Below, piece after piece: positions 10,009 through 19,710 of a stretch of 64,000 nucleotides of DNA. This DNA comes from Candidatus Eiseniibacteriota bacterium (GTDB lineage: Bacteria > Eisenbacteria > RBG-16-71-46 > CAVPCR01), in the NCBI GenBank assembly GCA_963823555.1, contig CAWGMA010000004.1, positions 320,001 through 384,000 of the forward strand, given 5' to 3'. The first letter of the stretch is position 1. Each line of letters begins with the position of its first letter. Under the pieces are notes generated by a model. The model was not told where the DNA came from. It did no database searches and was given only the letters and a program-made list of their open reading frames with translations. The position numbers and the translations under genes are program-made.

Positions 10009-10706
10009 CCCTCTCCTTCGCCGAGGCGGCTCCCGCCCGGGATCACGTGCTCGAGCAGCAGGGCATCCCGGCTGGCCAATCGCTGTCCGCGAAGGTCACG
10101 CGGATCCTCGATGACTCGTGCGTTCTCCTCGAACGCCTGGCGTCGCCCCGCGGCATCATTGGCGAGATCTCGATCGCCGACTTCGCGACCGTCTATGCGG
10201 GCGAGGGTCAGAACGAGCCGGTTACGCCGGTGGGGGATATCTACTTCCGTGCCGATCGTCTCGCCCTCTTCGCGGTGACCCTCGGGGAGGAGGTGAGCGC
10301 GGAGATCCGGAGCCGGTTCGAGAACGGCGATTTCGCCTTCGCGAGCATGCTCGATGCGGCGGCCTCGGTCGCCGCCGACAACCTGGCCGAGGCGCTCGAG
10401 CGGCGCGCGATCGCCTGGCTGTCCGTGGGTGGGGCGGAGGATCCGTACCCCGCGGTCCTCCGCTACAGCCCCGGCTATTGCGGCTGGCACGTGAGCGGCC
10501 AGCGGCAGCTCTTCGCCTATCTCGAGCCGGAGCGCATCGGCATCACGCTCGGCGAGAGCTGCCTCATGCAGCCGCTCAAGTCCGTATCCGGAGTCCTGAT
10601 CGCCGGACCGCGAGAGATCCACCTTTTCAAGGACGCCTATCCATTCTGTGCGCAGTGCGAGACGCGCGGATGCCGGGAGCGGATCCGGGCGCTCTACACC
10701 AGCTGA
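9993..10706 (+). CDS. Stand-alone B12-dependent methionine synthase activation (SAM-binding) domain protein
   Basis: LFAVTLG, MLDAAASVAAD, RYSPGYCGW, IGITLGESCLMQPLKSVSG; C-terminal CAQCETRGC; overlaps the mttB-like stop. Confidence 0.85.
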   Translation: MAEVVTLSFAEAAPARDHVLEQQGIPAGQSLSAKVTRILDDSCVLLERLASPRGIIGEISIADFATVYAGEGQNEPVTPVGDIYFRADRLALFAVTLGEEVSAEIRSRFENGDFAFASMLDAAASVAADNLAEALERRAIAWLSVGGAEDPYPAVLRYSPGYCGWHVSGQRQLFAYLEPERIGITLGESCLMQPLKSVSGVLIAGPREIHLFKDAYPFCAQCETRGCRERIRALYTS

Positions 10707-10747
10707 GGAAGCGAGAGCCGTCGCGAAAGGCGACGAGGAGCGAGACA

Positions 10748-11383
10748 GTGAACGTGCTCGACGAGATCTCGGAGCACCTCCGGCGTGGGGATGACGCCGA
10801 GGTGAAGGAACTCACCCGCGAGGCGATCCGGCAGGGGATCGAGACCAAGAAGATCCTGGATGAGGGCCTGATCGCCGGCATGGCCGTCGTCGGCGAGCAA
10901 TTCAAGGCCCATGAGATCTTCCTCCCCGAGGTCCTGCTCTCGGCGCGGGCGATGTACGCCGGCATGGAGGAGCTGAAGCCGCTCCTCGTGAAGGAGGGGG
11001 TCCCCGCTCTCGGTCGTGTCGTGATCGGCTCGGTTCAGGGCGACCTCCACGACATCGGCAAGAACCTCGTGGGCATCATGCTCAAGGGCGCCGGGTACGA
11101 GGTCATCGATCTCGGCAACGACGTCGCCCCGGAGCGTTTCATTTCGACCGCCATCGAGCACGACGCCGGCATCATCGGCATGTCGGCGCTCCTGACGACG
11201 ACGATGCCGGTGATGAAGAAGGTGGTCACCCTCGCCCGGGAGCAAGGCGGAGGCCGGATCAAGACGATCGTCGGCGGCGCCCCGCTCTCGGCGGCGTTCG
11301 CCCGCGAGATCGGCGCCGATGCCTATGGCTACGACGCGGCCAACGCCGTCGATCAGGTGAAGATGCTGGTCAGGAGCCGGTAG
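10748..11383 (+). CDS. Corrinoid (cobalamin-binding) protein
   Basis: Cap domain LIAGMAVVGEQF...IFLPEVL; GDLHDIGKNLV B12 motif; MSALLTTT; VGGAP. Confidence 0.93.
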   Translation: MNVLDEISEHLRRGDDAEVKELTREAIRQGIETKKILDEGLIAGMAVVGEQFKAHEIFLPEVLLSARAMYAGMEELKPLLVKEGVPALGRVVIGSVQGDLHDIGKNLVGIMLKGAGYEVIDLGNDVAPERFISTAIEHDAGIIGMSALLTTTMPVMKKVVTLAREQGGGRIKTIVGGAPLSAAFAREIGADAYGYDAANAVDQVKMLVRSR

Positions 11384-11401
11384 GCGCGCGAGGCTGCCGC
11401 G

Positions 11402-12301
11402 GTGACGACAGGGACGATGGCATTTCTCGACCGGTTGCAACGGGGAGACGTGCTCGTGGGGGACGGAGCCATGGGAACGATGCTCCTCCACCATGGGCTC
11501 GGTGCGGGAGAGTGCCCCGAAGCCCTCAACCTCGCGCGCCCGGAGATCCTCGAAAGGATCGCGGCCGCCTACCTCGAGGCGGGGGCGGATGTCATCCAGA
11601 CCAACACCTTCGGCGGCACTGCGCTCAAGCTCGCGGCCTACGGTCTGGCCGAGAGGGCCGATGAGATCAATCGCCTCGCCGTCGGCGCCGTGCGCACGGC
11701 GGTCGGCGATCGCGCCGCCATCTCCGGATCGTGCGGGCCCACCGCCAGGCTCCTCCAGCCCTACGGCGACGCCACACCGGAGGAAGTGGGGGAGAGCTTT
11801 CGCGCCCAGATGACGACCCTCATCACGGCGGGCGTGGATGTCATCTGCGTCGAGACCATGACCGATCTCGCCGAGGCCGCCCTCGCTGTGCGTGTCGCGA
11901 AGGAGGTCTCGCCGACAACACCGGTCCTCGCCACGATGACCTTCGATCCCACGCCGCGTGGCTTCTACACGATCATGGGGGTCACGATCGAGCAGGCGGC
12001 CGCCGGGCTCGTCGCGGCGGGGGCGGATGTCGTGGGCTCGAACTGCGGGAACGGGATCGAGCGTATGGTCGAGATCGCGCGTGTGTTTCGCCAGTGCACC
12101 GATCGTCCCCTCATCATTCAATCGAACGCCGGTCTCCCCGAATCGCGTGACGGGGAGCTCGTCTACAAGGAGACGCCGGAGTTCATGGCCGAGAAGGCCG
12201 CCGAGCTCCTCGCGATCGGGGTCTCGGTGATCGGCGGTTGCTGCGGCACCACGCCGGACCACGTCCGGGCGCTGCGCGCTCTGGTGGACGCGCAGCGGTG
12301 A
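11402..12301 (+). CDS. Homocysteine S-methyltransferase (stand-alone MetH Hcy-binding domain)
   Basis: DGAMGT, AGADVIQTNTFG, VETM, GSNCG, SNAGLP, IGGCCGTTPDH (Zn ligands). Confidence 0.93.
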   Translation: MTTGTMAFLDRLQRGDVLVGDGAMGTMLLHHGLGAGECPEALNLARPEILERIAAAYLEAGADVIQTNTFGGTALKLAAYGLAERADEINRLAVGAVRTAVGDRAAISGSCGPTARLLQPYGDATPEEVGESFRAQMTTLITAGVDVICVETMTDLAEAALAVRVAKEVSPTTPVLATMTFDPTPRGFYTIMGVTIEQAAAGLVAAGADVVGSNCGNGIERMVEIARVFRQCTDRPLIIQSNAGLPESRDGELVYKETPEFMAEKAAELLAIGVSVIGGCCGTTPDHVRALRALVDAQR

Positions 12302-12341
12302 TCGTGTGGCGCCGGCGGTCGCGCCGGCGCCCGGCGCCCGA

Positions 12342-15206
12342 TCAGCGGGACCGCGGGGCCGCGGTTTCCCGCCCTGCCGGCCTGGGGGGCCCTTCCTCCT
12401 GCCGCTTGAGCTCGCGGAGGATCTTCTCGGGCGTGATCGGGAGCTCGGTCACCCGCACCCCGCAGGCATCGTAGATGGCGTTGGCGATGGCGCCGAGGAC
12501 GGGGAGGAGGGAGCCTTCGCCGATCTCCTTGGCGCCGAAGGGGCCGCGTGGCTCGTAGCTCTCGACGGCGGCGCTCACGATCGCCGGCGTGTCGCCGATC
12601 GTCGGGATCAGGTAGTCGTGGAGGTTGGGATTGGCGATCGTTCCCTTCGGCGTCATCACCATGTCCTCGAGGAGCGTCTCCCCGAGCCCCATGATGATCG
12701 CTCCCTCCACCTGCCCATGGAAGGCGGCCGGGTTGATGACCGTCCCCGCGTCGCTCGAGTCGACGAAGCGATCGACCGTGACGTAGCCCGTCTCGAGATC
12801 GACCGTGACCTCGCAGACGGCGGTCGAGAAGCTGTAGGCGGGCGAGGTGCCGACCGTCCCGCCCTTGAAGTCGCCGCCGAGCCCGGCGGGCGGCGAATAG
12901 TAGCCGGTGCCGACGACCGGCCCGCCCTTGCCGAAGGCGCGTCGCGCCGCCTCGTCCCAGTCCATCGCCACTTCCGGGCGCGCGGCGATGAAGATCTTGC
13001 CGTTCCGTGCCGCGAGGGTGCTCGCAGACTCCCCCAGCTCCGCCGCCGCGACCGCGAGGAGCTGCGCCTTGACGTGGGCGGCCGCCATCTTGACCGCGTT
13101 CCCGCCCATGAGCGTGACCCGGCTCGAGTAGGAGCCGAGATCGAGCGGACTCAGGACCGAATCGCAATCCACGAGCCACACCCAGTGGTAGGGGATGCCC
13201 AGTTCCTCGGCGGCGATCTGGGTGAGCACGGTATCGGAACCCTGACCGATGTCGGCGGCAGCGATGTGGAGCGAAACGGCGCTCCCGCTCTCGTCGACGC
13301 GGATCACCGCGTTCGAGTGCGGGAACTGGGAGCGATAGATCGGATAGCCGGCGCCCGATACGAAGCCGCCGCAGCCGACGCCGATCCCCCTGCCGCGCGC
13401 GAGCTTGCCCTTCTTCTCGCGCCACCGTGACTCCTTCTCCGCCCGCGCCAGCGTGGCCTCGAACTCGCAGGAGCCGATGTCGAGCGCGTTACAGGTACGC
13501 GTGTTGGGCTTCATCGCGTTCCGCCGGCGGATCTCGAACGGGTCGAGGCCGAGATCCTCGGCGATCATGTCGAGGAGCGACTCGAAGGCGAACCGCGGCT
13601 GCGGCACGCCATGCCCGCGGAAGGCGCCGCTCGCCGGCCGGTTGGTGAACACGCGATAGCCGTCGTACTTGTAGTTCTCCATCCGGTAGAGAGTCGGGAT
13701 CATGGATCCGGCGTAGTATGCCGTGATCACGCCGAAGGACGTGTAGGCGCCGCCATCGAGGACGATCCGCGACTGGACGGCGGTGATCGCACCGTCGCGC
13801 TTGACGCCGATCTTGAGATCCATGTGCTGCTTGTGACGCCCGCGGAAGTGATGGAACATCTCCTCGCGCGTGTACTTCATCATGACCGGTCGTCCGGTCC
13901 GGCGGGCGAGGATCGCCGCACAGAGATCGAGCGGTGTCGTCTCCGCCTTTCCCCCGAAGCCGCCCCCTACAGCCGGCTTGATGACGCGGATCCGCCCCAT
14001 CGGGATATCGAGGACGCGGGCGAGCATGTGCCTGAGGTAGTGCGGGACCTGGGTCGCGGACCACAGGGTGAGCTTGTGGCCATGGTGCTCCCAGCGGGCG
14101 AGTGCGGCGTGCGGTTCGATCGGGCTCTGGTAGGTGCGGTTGCCGGTGAAGCGCCCCTCGCGGATATGATCCGCGGCGGCGAAGCCCTCATCCACGTTCC
14201 CGAAGTGCCATTCGACCCGCGTGTTGATGTTGTGAGCGAAGCGCGGATCGTCGGGATGGATCTCGGGTGCCCCCTCCGTCATCGCCTCCTCGGCGTCGAA
14301 GACCGCCGGCAACTCCTCGTAGTCGACCTCGATCAGGCTCAAGGCCGCCTCCGCCGTTTCCTCGTCGATCGCGGCCACCGCGGCCACCTCGTCGCCCACG
14401 TAGCGCACGCGCTCCTTGGCGAGCACGTGCTCGTCGTAGCGCGCGGGGCTCACGCCGTAGCGTGTGTCGGGGACATCGGCGCCGGTGATGACGGCGAGGA
14501 CGCCGGGGAGTGAGCGCGCCTTCTCGACATCGATGCGGCGGATGAGGCCGTGCGCGATCGGGCTAGTGAGAATGCGGCCATAGATCATGCCCGAGAGATG
14601 GATGTCGGCCGTGTACTTGGCCCGCCCGCTCACCTTGTCCGGCGCGTCATAGCGAGTCACGGCGTGGCTCACGACCGCAAGATCGCGTTCCTGGTCGCGC
14701 TCGGCGGTGGACAGGGGGTGGGTGTCGAACTCGACTTCCGCGAACCGCCGCCAGTCCTGGATGGCGGCGATGATCCGGGGATACGTGCCGCACCGGCAGA
14801 GATTCCCGCCGAGAGCCGCCCGGATGTCCTCCTCTGTCGGCTCGGGGATGCGATCGATGAGAGCCTTTGCGGCCATCATCATGCCCGGTGTGCAGTAGCC
14901 GCACTGGAGCGCGGCGTGCTTGACGAAGGACTTCTGCAGGGCGTGGAGGTCGCCGTCCGCCGCCAGGCCTTCGATGGTGGTGATCGCGCTGCCGTCGGTC
15001 TCGACCGCGAGCACGAGACAGGCGTTCACCGGGCGTCCGTCGACGAGGACCGTGCAAGCCCCGCAGTCGCCCATGCCGCAGCCTTCCTTGGTGCCGGTGA
15101 GATGGAGCTCATCGCGGAGCGCCTTGAGCAAGGTGGTGCTGGGTTTCACGGCCAGCGCGTGACTCCGGCCGTTGACGTGGAGCGTGATCACCCTGGCGTC
15201 GGTCAT
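12342..15206 (-). CDS. Xanthine oxidase family molybdoenzyme; fused 2x[2Fe-2S] and Mo-binding subunits, 4-hydroxybenzoyl-CoA reductase (HcrC-HcrA) like
   Basis: N-terminal [14 protein letters not shown] and QCGYCTPG...NLCRC; Mo subunit [41 protein letters not shown]. Confidence 0.9.
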   Translation of the reverse strand: MTDARVITLHVNGRSHALAVKPSTTLLKALRDELHLTGTKEGCGMGDCGACTVLVDGRPVNACLVLAVETDGSAITTIEGLAADGDLHALQKSFVKHAALQCGYCTPGMMMAAKALIDRIPEPTEEDIRAALGGNLCRCGTYPRIIAAIQDWRRFAEVEFDTHPLSTAERDQERDLAVVSHAVTRYDAPDKVSGRAKYTADIHLSGMIYGRILTSPIAHGLIRRIDVEKARSLPGVLAVITGADVPDTRYGVSPARYDEHVLAKERVRYVGDEVAAVAAIDEETAEAALSLIEVDYEELPAVFDAEEAMTEGAPEIHPDDPRFAHNINTRVEWHFGNVDEGFAAADHIREGRFTGNRTYQSPIEPHAALARWEHHGHKLTLWSATQVPHYLRHMLARVLDIPMGRIRVIKPAVGGGFGGKAETTPLDLCAAILARRTGRPVMMKYTREEMFHHFRGRHKQHMDLKIGVKRDGAITAVQSRIVLDGGAYTSFGVITAYYAGSMIPTLYRMENYKYDGYRVFTNRPASGAFRGHGVPQPRFAFESLLDMIAEDLGLDPFEIRRRNAMKPNTRTCNALDIGSCEFEATLARAEKESRWREKKGKLARGRGIGVGCGGFVSGAGYPIYRSQFPHSNAVIRVDESGSAVSLHIAAADIGQGSDTVLTQIAAEELGIPYHWVWLVDCDSVLSPLDLGSYSSRVTLMGGNAVKMAAAHVKAQLLAVAAAELGESASTLAARNGKIFIAARPEVAMDWDEAARRAFGKGGPVVGTGYYSPPAGLGGDFKGGTVGTSPAYSFSTAVCEVTVDLETGYVTVDRFVDSSDAGTVINPAAFHGQVEGAIIMGLGETLLEDMVMTPKGTIANPNLHDYLIPTIGDTPAIVSAAVESYEPRGPFGAKEIGEGSLLPVLGAIANAIYDACGVRVTELPITPEKILRELKRQEEGPPRPAGRETAAPRSR

Positions 15207-16093
15207 GCTCGTGGCTCCCGGTTCGTCTTTCGTGCGCGCGCGAGGGCGGCGGCGAGCGCGCGTCGTGTCAGGACCTCGACGAGCTCGCGTCGATACTCCG
15301 CCGAGCCGCGGATATCCGAGATCGGCATCGCTTCGGCGGCGGCGGCGCGGGCGGCGGTCGCGAAGAGGGCGGTCGAGGTGCGGTGGCCGGTGAGCTCTCC
15401 GGCCGCTTCAGTGGCGAGGAGCGGAATGGGGGCGACCGCCCCGAGCGCGATGCGCGCATCGCGGATCTCGTCGCCTGCCATGACGAGCCGTGCCGCGACC
15501 GAGGCCACGGCCAGGGCCGACCCCGAGCGGAGGGCGAAGCGCTGGTAGGAAGTACCCGAGTGCTCGGGCTGGGCGGGAATCACGACCGCGGCGAGCATGT
15601 CCCCGTGATGGAGCACGGTCTGCCGCGGGCCGGTGAAGAACGCCTCCGCCTTGACCGTCCACTCCTTGCCGTCGCGGGCGAGGAGGAGCTCGGCTTCACC
15701 GACGAGGCAGGCCGGAGGGAGATCGGCGCAGGGGACCGCGCGGCAGAAGTTGCCGCCGATCGTCCCCTGGTGGCGGATCTGCGGGCCGCCGATCACGGCG
15801 GCCGCCTCGGCGAGGAGCGGGAAGGCGCGATGGACTTCGGGTGAGCGCGCGATGTCCTCGAGCCGGGCCATGGCTCCGACATGGAGCGCGCCGCCCTCGC
15901 TCCTGATCGCGGCCAGTTCGGGAATGTCGCGGAGCGCGATCACATGCTGGGCGCTATCACGTCCGCGCTTGAAGTCGGGGAGCAGCTCGGTGCCGCCGGC
16001 GAGGAAGACCGCCGATTCCCCGAGCTTGGTCGCCATGATCGAGGCCTCGGCGACGGTGCGCGGCCGGTGATAGGCGAAGTCCGTGATAGGCAT
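15203..16093 (-). CDS. FAD-binding subunit of molybdoenzyme (CoxM/HcrB family)
   Basis: [51 protein letters not shown]; stop overlaps the next start. Confidence 0.9.
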   Translation of the reverse strand: MPITDFAYHRPRTVAEASIMATKLGESAVFLAGGTELLPDFKRGRDSAQHVIALRDIPELAAIRSEGGALHVGAMARLEDIARSPEVHRAFPLLAEAAAVIGGPQIRHQGTIGGNFCRAVPCADLPPACLVGEAELLLARDGKEWTVKAEAFFTGPRQTVLHHGDMLAAVVIPAQPEHSGTSYQRFALRSGSALAVASVAARLVMAGDEIRDARIALGAVAPIPLLATEAAGELTGHRTSTALFATAARAAAAEAMPISDIRGSAEYRRELVEVLTRRALAAALARARKTNREPRA

Positions 16094-16128
16094 CGTGGTC
16101 CTGCCGGTGGTGCGACGCGGGTCGCTGA

Positions 16129-17438
<1,310 letters not shown>

Positions 17439-17452
17439 GCTCGTCCTCCGCT

Positions 17453-19465
17453 CTACTCGTGCAGGAAGGCCGCCGGCACGCGCGGGCCGTTCTGGATGAA
17501 GTTCTTCATGCCGATGTCGTAGTCGACCGTCTGCTTGCAGCGCGGCGAAGCCCTCGGCCTCGACCTCGCAGACCCTCGGCGAGCGGCTCGGCCAGGCCCG
17601 TCGCGCATCGACGTCGACCAGGATGCGCGTCGATGGCCAGCGAGTGGTGGCCGATGTCGACCGCCGGCAGCTCGGTCGGGCACCGCCATCGGCTCGGGGT
17701 CGACCGGCGCGAGCTTCGACCTTGCCGGCGAGGTGCTGCGCGGATCAGCTCCTTGGCCGCGGCCGACCGGGTCGTCGGCCGGCTCGCCGGTGGCCCAGCC
17801 CCAGCGCGCAGGCCTCCTTGGCGCCGACCGGCCGGCCGGTGCGCAGCAGGTCGAGCGCCGCGCTCGAGGCCGATCAGCCGCGGCAGTCGCTGCGTGCCGC
17901 CGTAGCCGGGGATGATGCCCAGGTTGACCTCGGGCTGGCCGAGCATCAGGTTCGTGCCCGACCACGCGCGCGTGGCAGGCCATCGAGAGCTCGGCGCCGC
18001 CGCCGAGCACCGGGCCGTCGACGGCGGCGACCACCGGCTTCGTCATGCGCGGCGATGCGCGTCGAGCACGGCCTGGCCGCGGCAGGCACTTGGCCTCGCG
18101 CCTCCTCCGGCGTCTTGCAGCGCCGCCAGCTCCGTTGATGTCGGCGCCGGCCAGCGCGCCGTCGAAGCTGGTGAGCACGATGCCCCTGCACCGCGTCGTC
18201 GGCGCTCGAGCTCGTCGAAGGCGTCGCTCGAGCTCCGCGCATCGTCTGCGTCGTTGAGCGCGTTCTTCACCTCGGGCCGCTAGATGCGTGACGACGGCGA
18301 TGTCGCCGTCGCGGCTCGACCTTGACGTTGCGGTAGAACGTCGACGAGCTTCTTCGTCGCGCGATGCTCGTCGGCACCTCGAAGCCCGGGTGCTCGGCGG
18401 CGTAGGCCGTGCAGATCTCGTGCACGCGCTCGGCGCCCAGCTCCTCGGCCAGATCGAGCAGGCCCTTGCGGAAGCCCAGGGCCGTTGCGCGTCAGCCAGT
18501 TGAGCTCGCGCCGGGTCGCAGATGCTCGTTGTCGACGACGAAGTAGGTGCGGCCGAGGAGCACCGCCAGGATGCGGTCGAGGACCTTCTTGCGCCAGCGC
18601 CTCGTCGTGGCGTCGGGTCGCCGGGGTTCTTGCGGTCGTGCCAGGGCGTGTTGCGCCTGCTTCGCGAAGATCGGCGGGCGGCGCGAACCAGTCGCTGCCG
18701 GTCGGGCGCCTCCTGCATCAGCTCCAGGCAGTGCACGTTGAGCAGGTTGCCGCGCGTCAGGTCCATGCACGTTGAACGGCCCGCCGCCGCCGATGGCGTC
18801 GTTGACGATCTTGTCGACCTGGGCCGGCGTGGCCATGCCCTCGGCGACGATGCGCGCCGCCTCGGCGCAGTAGTTGCAGAAGATGTCGTCGGCGGCGAAG
18901 CAGGGCACGTCGGCGGTGACGACGGGCACCTTGCCCAGCGTCTTCAGCGTGTCGAGCATGCGCGCGCTCGAAGCGCCTCGTCGTCCGGAGAGCACGACCT
19001 CGATCGGGCAGCGCGCGCCAGGCCGGGAAGAACGGGTGGTTGACGAAGCAGCGCTCCGGGTGCCTGGCCTCGGCGGCGATCTGCGCGCGCGGGATGCCCG
19101 AGGTGGCGAAGCCGATCAGGCAGTCGGGGCGCACGACCTCCTCGAGCTTCGCGAGGATCGCCTGCTTGATCGGCGAGATCCTCGGTGGCCGCCTCGAGCA
19201 CGTAGTCGCAGTCGGCGAGGTCCTCGAGCTCGAGCGTCGGGACGAGACCGCCCTCGATGGCGGCGGCGACCTTCGGGCTCAGCTTGCCGCGCGCGAGCCC
19301 CTTGTCGACGTAGCCCTGGATGCGCTCACGCCCGCGTCGAGCGCCTCCTGGCTGGATGTCGAGCAGGTAGACCGTTCCGCCTTCGCCCTTGGCGAGCGCG
19401 GAGACGAACCCGTAGGCCAGGTCGGGACCGATCGATCCCGAGCCGATCACGCCGACGTTCATCAT
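17453..19465 (-). CDS. 3-hydroxyacyl-CoA dehydrogenase / enoyl-CoA hydratase fusion, multiply frameshifted
   Basis: VGVIGSGSIGP Rossmann start, VLEAATED, NHPFFP; C-terminal crotonase motifs AGADI, KPVVAAVDGPVLGGGAELSMACHARV, GQPEVNLGIIPGYGGTQRL. Confidence 0.85.
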
Positions 19466-19636
19466 CAGACTCCTTTCAGAGATGAGATGACGGCGTGGAA
19501 GCCACGCGCGTTGGGGCAGGGAGGTTTTCAGGCGCCAGGATGGGGCTTCGAGGCTACCCCACACCGCCTGTCGGTCGCAAGCGCTGGCGCGGGTCCCGGT
19601 TGTGAAGCGACGAAGCCAGCGGGCTGGCAGCAAAGG

Positions 19637-19665
19637 GAAGGGGGGACCCGCAGGGTCCCCCCTTC
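19637..19665 (-). terminator. Intrinsic terminator after the PKD protein gene
   Basis: Perfect 13-bp stem GAAGGGGGGACCC/GGGTCCCCCCTTC about 45 nt past the stop, followed by CCTTT on the minus strand. Confidence 0.7.
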
Positions 19666-19710
19666 ATTCTTCCCCGGCGTCAGCCGCCGGGTCCGCCTGG
19701 CGGGATGCTT

